Assembly (NCBI RefSeq): GCF_000195975.1
Contig: NC_005070.1
Span: 2,160,001-2,192,000, forward strand
Length of the DNA: 32,000 nucleotides
Reading direction: 5' to 3'
Source: Parasynechococcus marenigrum WH 8102
GTDB lineage: Bacteria > Cyanobacteriota > Cyanobacteriia > PCC-6307 > Cyanobiaceae
Each line of letters starts with the position of its first letter. Within the stretch, counting starts at the first letter, position 1. Shown one piece after another: positions 19,362 through 27,338 of this stretch. The translations under genes were made by a program, and so were the position numbers. The notes below the pieces were generated by a model. The model saw only the letters and a program-made list of their open reading frames with translations. It did not search any database and was not told the DNA's origin.

Positions 19362-20397
19362 CGCCGGTCCGGGCTGCGTCAGCCAGGCTTTTGACGCAAC
19401 TGGCCACCGGCACCGCCAGCAGCAGACCCAACAGATCGCCCACACCGAGGATGGCCCCAAGCCGGGAGCCGATCGGCAGGGCGATCAATAACCAGGCGGG
19501 CTGCAGCCCCACGATGCTGCCCATCAGTCGCGGTTGGATCACCTGATCCACGATCTGGCCGACGACGATGGCCGCCACCAGCAGCTCGATCCCGGTGCGG
19601 GGGTCCTGAACGCCCAGCACAGCGCTGACGAACACGATGGTCAGGGCACTGGCATAGGGAATCAACGTGGTGAAGCCAATCAGCACGGCGAAGAGCACGC
19701 CGTAGGGGATCTCCAGCACGGTGAACACCACCAGTTGTCCAGCGCTGAGGATCAGGGCCAGCACCACCTGACCGGCGAAGTAGCCGCGGAAGGTGCGCTC
19801 CAGCGTTGAGCCCACCAATCCACGCCAAGGGAGCGGCAGCCACTCGAGCAGGCCCGCGGCGATCGAGTCGGCGCCAAGCAGCAGAAACACTGCCAGCACC
19901 AGGATGATCAGCACATTGATCGTGGTGCCCACCGTGGCCCCGAGAATCCCGAGGAGGCGTTGGCTGAACTGGGTGGCCACCCGACTGATCTGGGAGATCA
20001 GATCACTGCTGAGGTCGGCAAAGTCCGCGGGTAAACCATGGTTGATGGCCCAGGACTGCCCCTGGTTGATCCAGGCCTCAGCCGCTGCCAGCAATGCCGG
20101 CGAGGCGCTGATCAGCTGACTGAGCTGCGCGATCAACAGCGGCACCAGCTCCACGGCCGCCAGCACCAGCAGGCCCACGGTGAGCAGCATCACCATGGTG
20201 ATGGAACCGATGCGCGAGAGGCCTCGCCCCATCAGCCAGCGGCAGGGCAGGTCGAGCAGAAACGCGATCAAGGCCGCCGTCAGGAACAAACCGGGGAACG
20301 GTGCGAACTGCACCAGCACCCGTTTGAGCACAAAGGCGTTCACCCCAAGCAGCGGCAGCACCAATCCGAGACGCAGCCAGGCCGGCCAGGAGGTCAT
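19321..20397 (-). CDS. AI-2E family transporter / PerM-like permease.
   Basis: Multi-TM protein with '[18 protein letters not shown]' and '[26 protein letters not shown]', typical of the UPF0118/AI-2E family. The start is ATG 20397, or TTG 20412 overlapping the purE stop as TTGA. The 3' end overlaps cysC by 41 nt. Confidence 0.8.
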   Translation of the reverse strand: MTSWPAWLRLGLVLPLLGVNAFVLKRVLVQFAPFPGLFLTAALIAFLLDLPCRWLMGRGLSRIGSITMVMLLTVGLLVLAAVELVPLLIAQLSQLISASPALLAAAEAWINQGQSWAINHGLPADFADLSSDLISQISRVATQFSQRLLGILGATVGTTINVLIILVLAVFLLLGADSIAAGLLEWLPLPWRGLVGSTLERTFRGYFAGQVVLALILSAGQLVVFTVLEIPYGVLFAVLIGFTTLIPYASALTIVFVSAVLGVQDPRTGIELLVAAIVVGQIVDQVIQPRLMGSIVGLQPAWLLIALPIGSRLGAILGVGDLLGLLLAVPVASCVKSLADAARTGVKPPESPPVPAGP

Positions 20398-20408
20398 CGC
20401 GTTGAGGT

Positions 20409-20966
20409 TCAAGGGGTCGACATGCCGTCGAGATAGGCCGTACTGCCGAGATCGAGCAGACGGGCATCCTTGGCTGCCACTGCATCGTGCAACCTGCGGC
20501 GGTAGTCCGCCAGTCGGGCCGCCAGTGCCTCGTCTGCCACCGACAGGATCTGAGCAGCCAGCAATCCGGCATTGAGGCCACCGCCGATGGCCACCGTGGC
20601 AACGGGAATACCACCGGGCATCTGCACGATCGAGTGCAGCGAATCCACCCCGGACAGAGAACGGCTTCGGACGGGAACACCGATCACCGGCAGGGTGGTG
20701 AGGGCCGCCACCATCCCCGGCAGATGGGCGGCACCACCGGCACCGGCCACAATCACACCGAATCCCTCAGTGCGGGCCGCCTGGGCAAAGGCCACCATTT
20801 CCAGCGGTGTGCGGTGGGCTGACAACACCCGCACCTCCACCTCAACCCCCAGTTCCCGCAGGATCGCCGCGGCCGGTTCCATGGTCGGCAGATCGGAATC
20901 ACTGCCCATCACCACGGCCACGCGGGGAAAAACTGTCGTCACGAGAAAGACCGGCAAGACTGTCAT
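20409..20966 (-). CDS. purE: N5-carboxyaminoimidazole ribonucleotide mutase (PurE).
   Basis: '[15 protein letters not shown]', 'VLSAHRTP' and '[17 protein letters not shown]' are canonical PurE motifs. ATG 20966 gives 185 aa. The rest of the listed 638-aa ORF is an antisense artefact over nagA. Confidence 0.9.
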   Translation of the reverse strand: MTVLPVFLVTTVFPRVAVVMGSDSDLPTMEPAAAILRELGVEVEVRVLSAHRTPLEMVAFAQAARTEGFGVIVAGAGGAAHLPGMVAALTTLPVIGVPVRSRSLSGVDSLHSIVQMPGGIPVATVAIGGGLNAGLLAAQILSVADEALAARLADYRRRLHDAVAAKDARLLDLGSTAYLDGMSTP

Positions 20967-20999
20967 CGTCTCCCGCAGCGGCCCAGGCGGCCAGACCTG

Positions 21000-22148
21000 A
21001 TGCGACGGATCACCGATGTGCGCCTGCCCGCACCCCTCGGCAGCGAGACGGAGCGACCCCATTGGATCGGCCTCAACGACGAGGGCCGAATCGTCGAAAT
21101 CCAGCCCCAGATTGACGATGAAACCTGCCCTGGCTCGAGTTGGCACGGAGATTGGCTGAGCCCCCGCGGCATGGACCTGCAGATCAACGGTGGGCTCGGC
21201 CTGGCCTTCCCGGAACTGAGCGCGACGGATCTGCCGCGGCTGATCGGGCTGCTGGAGCTGCTCTGGGCCGATGGAGTCGAGGCCATCGCTCCAACCCTGG
21301 TGACCTGCGGCATCGCCCCACTTCGCCAGGCCCTGGCGGTGTTGCACCAGGCGCGACTGCAGCACCAACCGGGCCGCTGCCGATTGCTGGGAGCCCATCT
21401 GGAGGGCCCCTTTCTGGCGGAGGCCCGCCGCGGGGCCCATCCGATCGAGCATCTGGCAGCGCCCAGCCTGGAGGCCCTGGACCACCGCATCAGGGGATTT
21501 GAATCCGACATCGCCCTGGTGACCCTGGCGCCGGAACTTGCGGGGGCCAACACTGTGATCAGCGCGCTGCGTCAACGCAACATCACCGTGGCCCTGGGCC
21601 ACAGTGCCGCCAAAGCAGAACAGGCGGGGCAGGCTTTTGAGCAGGGCGTGGGGATGCTCACCCATGCCTTCAATGCCATGCCAGGCCTGCACCACCGGGC
21701 TCCGGGACCTGTGGGGGAAGCCTGCCGCCGCGGCGACATCGCCCTGGGCCTGATCGCCGACGGGGTGCACGTCGATCCGACGATGGCGGTGCTGCTGCAA
21801 CGGCTGGCGCCGGAACAGCTGGTGCTGGTGAGCGATGCCCTGGCCCCCTACGGCCTGGCGGATGGCGAGCATCGCTGGGACGAAAGGGTGCTGTTGGTGC
21901 AGAACGGCACCTGCCGGCTGGAGGACGGCACCCTGGCTGGCGTGACCCTGCCGCAGCTGGAGGGGGTGAAACGGCTGGCGACCTGGAGCGGCGCAGCAGG
22001 CGCAGCAATCTGGGGAGCCACGGTCGCACCACGACGGGTGATCGGCACCGCTGGGACCTTGAACGACGCGCTGGTGGGCCAGCGGCTGACCAACCTGCTG
22101 CGCTGGAGCCAACGCGAGGGGGAGCTCCACTGGGCCTGCGCTGCTTAA
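21000..22148 (+). CDS. nagA: N-acetylglucosamine-6-phosphate deacetylase.
   Basis: '[11 protein letters not shown]', 'HLEGPFL', 'ALGHSAA' and 'THAFNAMP' are amidohydrolase NagA motifs. Confidence 0.85.
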   Translation: MRRITDVRLPAPLGSETERPHWIGLNDEGRIVEIQPQIDDETCPGSSWHGDWLSPRGMDLQINGGLGLAFPELSATDLPRLIGLLELLWADGVEAIAPTLVTCGIAPLRQALAVLHQARLQHQPGRCRLLGAHLEGPFLAEARRGAHPIEHLAAPSLEALDHRIRGFESDIALVTLAPELAGANTVISALRQRNITVALGHSAAKAEQAGQAFEQGVGMLTHAFNAMPGLHHRAPGPVGEACRRGDIALGLIADGVHVDPTMAVLLQRLAPEQLVLVSDALAPYGLADGEHRWDERVLLVQNGTCRLEDGTLAGVTLPQLEGVKRLATWSGAAGAAIWGATVAPRRVIGTAGTLNDALVGQRLTNLLRWSQREGELHWACAA

Positions 22149-22175
22149 GATCCCGCCGAACACGACCCACCTTCG

Positions 22176-22889
22176 ATGGCCCCCGATCAACTGCTGGAGC
22201 AGAAACAGGCCGAAAAGCAGGAGGTGAAGGGCTACTTCGAGACCACGGGCTTCGATCGCTGGAATCGCATCTACAGCGAAAGCGATGACGTGAACAAGGT
22301 GCAGCGCAACATCCGCATCGGCCACCAGAAAACCGTGGATGAAGTGCTGGCCTGGATCAAGGACAGCGGCGAGCTCAACGAGGTGAGCTTCTGCGATGCC
22401 GGCTGCGGGGTCGGCAGCCTCAGCCTGCCGTTGGCCGAAATGGGGGCCGGTTCAATCAGCGCCAGCGACATCTCCGAAGCCATGGCGCAGGAGGCGGACC
22501 GCCGCGCCCGCGCGGCTGGTCTGGACATGGGCAAGCTGAACTTCTTTGCCAGTGATTTGGAGAGCCTCAGCGGCTCCTTCCACACGGTGTGCTGCCTGGA
22601 TGTATTCATTCACTACCCCCAGCAACCGGCCGAGGAAATGGTGAAACACCTCTGCAGCCTCACCGAAGAGCGCCTGATCGTGAGCTTTGCGCCCTACACC
22701 CTGCTGCTGGCACTGCTGAAGGGCATTGGCCAGCTGTTCCCCGGCCCCAGCAAAACCACCCGGGCCTACACCTTGAAAGAAGAGGGCATCGTCAAATCGG
22801 CGGAAGCCTGTGGCTTCAAGCTGGTGCGCCGCAGCCTGAACAAAGCACCCTTCTACTTCTCGCGGTTGATCGAATTCCGCAAGGCCTGA
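22176..22889 (+). CDS. chlM: Mg-protoporphyrin IX methyltransferase.
   Basis: '[18 protein letters not shown]', '[20 protein letters not shown]' and '[14 protein letters not shown]' closely resemble ChlM. Confidence 0.92.
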   Translation: MAPDQLLEQKQAEKQEVKGYFETTGFDRWNRIYSESDDVNKVQRNIRIGHQKTVDEVLAWIKDSGELNEVSFCDAGCGVGSLSLPLAEMGAGSISASDISEAMAQEADRRARAAGLDMGKLNFFASDLESLSGSFHTVCCLDVFIHYPQQPAEEMVKHLCSLTEERLIVSFAPYTLLLALLKGIGQLFPGPSKTTRAYTLKEEGIVKSAEACGFKLVRRSLNKAPFYFSRLIEFRKA

Positions 22890-23800
22890 TCTCCCTCAAC
22901 TGAGGGATCCACCTGGAGTGTTGTCTCCCCCAAGTGAGGGAGACCCGAAAGCTGCCAGGCATGCAGCCGATAGCCCCCATCGCCAGGGGTTGCCGTCGCC
23001 GAAATCTCCCGGTTGAGCAAATAGAGCGGATCCCCCAGCAGCGGGCTGCCCAGCTGTGCCAGATGAATGCGGATCTGATGCGGTCGGCCTGTGGTGATCG
23101 TCACCTGCAAGCGATCGCCCTCAGCCGTTCGCTCCAAAAGCTCCAGCTCGGAACGAGCTGTGAGGCGTTTGCGGATCGGCTCCTGCTTGAGCGGTTCCGG
23201 CCCCCAGACCCAACCCAGCAGAGGATGCTGCCGCTCCACCACATCATTGGTGACCGTCAGGGTCTGCCCCTGCTCCAAACCCGGCACCCGCTGGGCCCAG
23301 GCCTGATACACCTTGCGGCAGCTGCCCTCTGGCCTGAACTGTTTGGACAGCGCCGCGCGGGTCATCGGATCCCGAGCACACACCTGCAAGCCGGAGGTGA
23401 ACCGCCCCAACCGATGCACCGGCCGCGCACCGGTGGGCTCCAACAGTGCCGTAAGCGTGTGGAGCAGAAAACCACCGCCAGGCATCACCGGCAGACCCGA
23501 AGGCTTGTTGATCACCAGCAGATCGCCGTCGTCATGGATCGTCTCCCATTGATCGGGGATCGCCTCCTCCAGCCAGGGAGGACGACGCCAGAGGACTGCT
23601 TCACCGCCAGCCAGCCGCCGATCCGCCGTCAAGCGTTGCCCATTGCAATCCAGTTCGCCGGAATGGATTCTTTGCCGCCAGACCTCTCCAGCGGAATGCT
23701 GATAGCGCTCCGCCAGCCAACAACTCAACCAAGTACCAGCTGCCCCTACCGGCACTCGGTCGCGATACGTCCAGCCGTCGTTGAACGCCGCTGGCTTCAA
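22853..23800 (-). CDS. RluA-family pseudouridine synthase.
   Basis: 'LLVINKPSGLPVMP', 'HRLGRFTSGLQV' (catalytic-Asp-type motif context) and 'GRPHQIRIHLA' are present. The TTG start overlaps the upstream response-regulator TGA as TTGA at 23797-23800. Confidence 0.82.
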   Translation of the reverse strand: MKPAAFNDGWTYRDRVPVGAAGTWLSCWLAERYQHSAGEVWRQRIHSGELDCNGQRLTADRRLAGGEAVLWRRPPWLEEAIPDQWETIHDDGDLLVINKPSGLPVMPGGGFLLHTLTALLEPTGARPVHRLGRFTSGLQVCARDPMTRAALSKQFRPEGSCRKVYQAWAQRVPGLEQGQTLTVTNDVVERQHPLLGWVWGPEPLKQEPIRKRLTARSELELLERTAEGDRLQVTITTGRPHQIRIHLAQLGSPLLGDPLYLLNREISATATPGDGGYRLHAWQLSGLPHLGETTLQVDPSVEGDQALRNSINREK

Positions 23801-24534
23801 GTCACCAGACGGTGCTCCAGCGCATAGCGCACCAGCTCCGTGCGACTGGAGGTGCCGGTCTTGTTGAACAGGCGACTCACGTACTTCTCCACATTGCGGA
23901 TCGACGTCTCCAGCTGACGGGCGATCTCTTTGTTCATCAATCCTTCCGCCACCAGCTGCAGCACACTCGCCTCCCGTGGGGTGAAGCTATGCACCACCGG
24001 CTCCTTCGAGGGCAGGGCCTCGGCCTGAGCAAGCAAGGAGCGGATCTCGGTGATCTGCTTCGCCATCTGGCCCATATCCGTATCCGCAAAGCGGGCCGCC
24101 TCCTGCAACAACCGCTGCTGTCGCTGGGCCACGTTGCGCACCCGCGCCACTAGCTCGTCCGGATCAAACGGCTTGGGGATGTAGTCATCCACGCCGGCCA
24201 GGTAACCCTGGGTGCGGTCCGCCGTCATGCCCTTGGCGGTGAGGAAGATCACCGGCGTGCCGCCGAGGCGTTCATCGGCCCGGAGCTTTTTCAGCAGACC
24301 GTAGCCATCCAACCGCGGCATCATCACGTCGGTGATCACCACATCCGGCAGCATCTGCTGCGCCTTGCTGAAACCTTCCTCTCCATCCACCGCCGTGGTC
24401 ACCTCAAACCCCTCGTCCTCGAGGTAGGCCTGCACCGCCGTACGCAGCCCAGGCTCGTCATCCACCAGCAGCAGCCGCGGTACCGGAGGAGGAGCCTCCT
24501 GCTCGTCGGTGCTGGGAAGGGGCGTATCGGTCAT
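23797..24534 (-). CDS. NarL/FixJ-type two-component response regulator (REC plus LuxR HTH). It is an orphan, with no kinase adjacent.
   Basis: The REC domain has 'RLLLVDDEP' and 'DVVITDVMMPRLDG'. The HTH is 'LTPREASVLQLVAEGLMNKEIARQLETSIRNVEKYVSRLFNKTG'. It is possibly a Ycf29/Rre1-type regulator, unverified. Confidence 0.88.
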   Translation of the reverse strand: MTDTPLPSTDEQEAPPPVPRLLLVDDEPGLRTAVQAYLEDEGFEVTTAVDGEEGFSKAQQMLPDVVITDVMMPRLDGYGLLKKLRADERLGGTPVIFLTAKGMTADRTQGYLAGVDDYIPKPFDPDELVARVRNVAQRQQRLLQEAARFADTDMGQMAKQITEIRSLLAQAEALPSKEPVVHSFTPREASVLQLVAEGLMNKEIARQLETSIRNVEKYVSRLFNKTGTSSRTELVRYALEHRLVT

Positions 24535-24558
24535 GGCCGGAATCGCTCTTCTGAAAGC

Positions 24559-25086
24559 CTATGGACGGGGAGACTTCGGAGCCAGTGCGGGTAACTGCTG
24601 CTGACGTTCGGGAATCAGGGTCGAATAGCCCAGATCCAGGGCCTTCTGGCGCAGGCTGGCAGGCTCGGTTCCCGCCACTTCGGGAACACAGGCTGCCCAC
24701 CACACCAGGTGATCCTCACGGTTGGTGTCGCTCACGGGACCACCCGGATTGAGATTGCGCACGTAAACCGCCGTGGACGTCCGTTTGACGCGCAGGGGAT
24801 TGGTGGCACTGCAGTTCACAGACTCGAAGTAGATGTTCAGATCATTCGGCAGTTCCTCCCAGATCTTGTACTGCCGCACTTTCGGATCAGCGGCGCTGGG
24901 TTTGATTGCATAGATGCCGATGGTGCGGAGACCTCCGGCATCAGGCTTTTGGATCAGGACGGTGAGATCTGCGGGGCGGGAGTTCTTCATCTGCTCCAAC
25001 ACCTCCTTGCGATCAATGGCAGCCGCCCCCATCGGGACCAGCAACAGCGCCAGGCCGGTCCAAGCCGTCGGGAATCGCAGACCCAT
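24559..25086 (-). CDS. Secreted or periplasmic hypothetical protein.
   Basis: ATG 25086 gives 'MGLRFPTAWTGLALLLVPMGAAAIDRK', a signal-peptide-like N-terminus. The gene is co-directional with the response regulator and 24 nt upstream of it. I recognise no family. Confidence 0.6.
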   Translation of the reverse strand: MGLRFPTAWTGLALLLVPMGAAAIDRKEVLEQMKNSRPADLTVLIQKPDAGGLRTIGIYAIKPSAADPKVRQYKIWEELPNDLNIYFESVNCSATNPLRVKRTSTAVYVRNLNPGGPVSDTNREDHLVWWAACVPEVAGTEPASLRQKALDLGYSTLIPERQQQLPALAPKSPRP

Positions 25087-25195
25087 GCAGTGATCAACAA
25101 CGTGGCCCAGCATGATCGCAACAGCGTGAATCAACCAGCTGCCGCGCCGTCCTCTCGACTTTGACTACCAAGCCACCACGCCCTGCGCCGCGGAG

Positions 25196-26272
25196 GTGGT
25201 GGAGGCGATGGCGCCCTACTGGAGCGAGGATTGGGGCAATCCCTCCAGCCGTCAGCACCGGCTGGGCCTGACCGCTTCAGCGGCGGTGAACCTGGCGCGG
25301 CGGCACATCGCGGATGCGCTGGCGGTGACGCCACAGCAACTGGTGTTCACCAGTGGTGCCACCGAAGCCAACAACCTGGCCTTGCTGGGCCATGCCCGGG
25401 CCAGGGGCAGCGGCCATCTGATCAGCGTGGCCACCGAACATCACGCCGTGCTCGATCCGCTCCAACAACTGCAGCGGGAAGGTTTCAGCGTCACCCTGCT
25501 GACCCCGGGCCCCGAGGGGCTGATCACCCCTGAGCAGCTAAGGCAGGCGATCACCCCCGAGACGCAGCTGGTGAGCGTGATGGCGGCCAACAACGAAATC
25601 GGGGTGCTCCAACCCCTGACGGCCCTGGCCGCGGTGTGCCGCGACCACGGAGTCACCCTTCACAGCGACGCCGCCCAGGCCTTCGGTCATATCCCTCTGG
25701 AACCAGATGCCATGGGGGTTGACCTGATGAGCCTCAGCGCCCACAAGCTCTATGGCCCCAAAGGCGTTGGCGCCCTGGTGATCCGAGACGGAATTGCCCT
25801 GCAACCCCTTCAATGGGGTGGTGGCCAGGAAGCGGGACTCAGGGCGGGCACCTTGCCCACGGCCCTGATTGTAGGCTTCGCCGCCGCCGTGCGACTGGCC
25901 ATGCAAGACCGAGAACAACGCCAGCAGGAGCTCTCGGCGCTGCGGGATCAGCTCTGGGCTGACGTGCAGCACAAGATCCCTGGCGTGCGCTTGAACGGAG
26001 CCCTGGCCCCGAGGCTTGCCCACAACCTCAACATCACCCTGCCCGGGGTGAGCGGCAGCCGCCTGCAGCGCGCCCTCAAGCCCCAGCTCAACTGCAGCAG
26101 CGGCTCCGCCTGCAGCAACGGCGCACCCTCCCACGTGCTGCAAGCACTGGGTCGCACGCGCGCCGAAGCCGAAGCATCCCTGCGACTGAGTCTGGGCCGC
26201 GACACCACAAGCGACGACATTCATCAGGCTGTGATCGCCATTGGTGATGCCGTTGCTGCAGTTCAGAGCTGA
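25196..26272 (+). CDS. Class V aminotransferase, cysteine desulfurase (NifS/IscS-like). The true start is probably upstream, at about 25130-25139 (see findings).
   Basis: 'SAHKLYGPKGVGAL' holds the PLP lysine and 'SSGSACS' is the catalytic Cys loop. The conserved 'LDFDYQATTP' is encoded in frame upstream of the first canonical start. Confidence 0.88.
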   Translation: MVEAMAPYWSEDWGNPSSRQHRLGLTASAAVNLARRHIADALAVTPQQLVFTSGATEANNLALLGHARARGSGHLISVATEHHAVLDPLQQLQREGFSVTLLTPGPEGLITPEQLRQAITPETQLVSVMAANNEIGVLQPLTALAAVCRDHGVTLHSDAAQAFGHIPLEPDAMGVDLMSLSAHKLYGPKGVGALVIRDGIALQPLQWGGGQEAGLRAGTLPTALIVGFAAAVRLAMQDREQRQQELSALRDQLWADVQHKIPGVRLNGALAPRLAHNLNITLPGVSGSRLQRALKPQLNCSSGSACSNGAPSHVLQALGRTRAEAEASLRLSLGRDTTSDDIHQAVIAIGDAVAAVQS

Positions 26273-26305
26273 ACTACCTACTGTCCGGACGATTGACCCG
26301 GATCG

Positions 26306-27103
26306 ATGACCAGCAGGGCCGAGCTTTCCGTTGGCACCGCAATCCAAGAGGGTTGGCGCGCCTTTCGCCTGGCTCCCTGGGCTTTCGTTGGCTTTGTGCT
26401 GCTCAGCACGCTGCTGGCCCAGTTGGCCAATGTTATTCCCCTGCTGGGTGCTCTGGTGGCGACGTTGGTGAACCTTTGGGGTGGTGTTGGCCTGATCCGC
26501 GGCTCATGGATTGCCCTGGGGGGCACTGCCCCTCGCTTTGAAGACTTCACCCGCTGGAACGGGGCTGCCGTCTGGCGACTATTCAGCCGACAGCTGGTGC
26601 TTGGCCTGCTGCTGCTGCCCATCGCCCTGCTGGTGATCGTCGTGGCCCTCAATGCCGCCGATGCCTGGACGGTGTTCGCTCCGCTGATGAATCTGGCTCT
26701 GACGGTGGACCCAAGCGATCCGCAGCTGGCCGACGCCGGCAGTGCTGCCGCCCTGGAGCTGGCCCTGAATTTCAGCCACAGCCCCCTGGCATTGCTGACG
26801 GTGGCGATGGGCTGGCTGTTCGCCACCTACATCCAGGTGAACCAAAGCTTCCTCGGATTCATTGCCCTGCTGGAAGGCCGTAACCCAATCGCCACGATTC
26901 GACGCGGGATCACCGTGGTGCAAGGTCAGTGGTGGCAGGTGTTCGGCCTGTTGATCCTGCAGGTATTGATCCTGATGCTGGGAGTGTTGGCCTGTGTGGT
27001 GGGTCTGGTGGCCGCTGCTCCGGTGTGTCTTTGCATCACAGGGGCCGCTTACCGACAACTGTTCGGCCAGGACGACGCAGCTGGCCTGCTCAAGAATCAG
27101 TGA
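26306..27103 (+). CDS. Integral membrane protein of unknown function; the last high-GC gene before the island.
   Basis: 265 aa with an ATG start and about six hydrophobic segments, for example 'WAFVGFVLLSTLLAQLANVIPLLGALVATLV' and 'VFGLLILQVLILMLGVLACVVGLVAAAPVCLCI'. Confidence 0.65.
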   Translation: MTSRAELSVGTAIQEGWRAFRLAPWAFVGFVLLSTLLAQLANVIPLLGALVATLVNLWGGVGLIRGSWIALGGTAPRFEDFTRWNGAAVWRLFSRQLVLGLLLLPIALLVIVVALNAADAWTVFAPLMNLALTVDPSDPQLADAGSAAALELALNFSHSPLALLTVAMGWLFATYIQVNQSFLGFIALLEGRNPIATIRRGITVVQGQWWQVFGLLILQVLILMLGVLACVVGLVAAAPVCLCITGAAYRQLFGQDDAAGLLKNQ

Positions 27104-27338
27104 TCGACTTGCGGACCTTCAACAAGATCCGGTGAGAGATCAGTCCAATCAACCCGCATTTGCGTCAGCGCAAGAACACGACCAAACAACGTTGGCGCAG
27201 TTTTGGCACGCTTTGAATCATCGATGAAGCGGTGCAGCCAGTTAACCGGCCTTAGACTGAGTAAGAGATGCAATGACTTTGCCAACCAAAACGCCAGAAA
27301 ATTACACCAATCGAAAAGTATAGACATTATTTGAGAAG

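Noticed and set aside
20967-22325. The 5' extension that turns purE into a 638-aa ORF.
   Set aside because: PurE motifs begin only at the ATG at 20966. The upstream ~450 codons are antisense to nagA and have low-complexity, non-protein-like sequence.
22934-23827. 297-aa plus-strand ORF antisense to the RluA-family gene. The same class includes 4808-5575, 9699-10454, 11729-12418, 16216-16986, 18549-19460 and 25538-26347.
   Set aside because: Each one mirrors a gene with clear catalytic motifs on the other strand, and none shows recognisable domains. They are high-GC antisense ORFs.
25127-25129. In-frame TGA upstream of the cysteine desulfurase, as a selenocysteine or programmed read-through codon.
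   Set aside because: No SECIS-like hairpin is obvious immediately downstream, and the position is in a non-conserved leader. Non-canonical initiation or a mutation is a simpler explanation. It is kept only as an alternative within the finding.
27097-27327. 76-aa minus-strand ORF in the gap between the last core gene and the RTX gene, as a possible gene remnant or island-border gene.
   Set aside because: It straddles the compositional boundary, with half GC-moderate and half AT-rich. It overlaps the stop of the membrane-protein gene, and I recognise no motif. It may still be a decayed fragment, but that is unsupported.
27224-27334. 36-aa basic plus-strand ORF (MKRCSQLTGLRLSKRCNDFANQNARKLHQSKSIDII) at the island border.
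   Set aside because: It is short, has no supporting signals, and lies in a region where random ORFs are expected. There is no evidence of coding bias.
27104-27338. Looked for a tRNA gene, integrase fragment or direct repeat (att-like) marking the left island border.
   Set aside because: There is no cloverleaf-compatible sequence or T-loop (GGTTCGAATCC-like) motif. No recombinase ORF is present. The right border is outside the window, so repeats cannot be paired.
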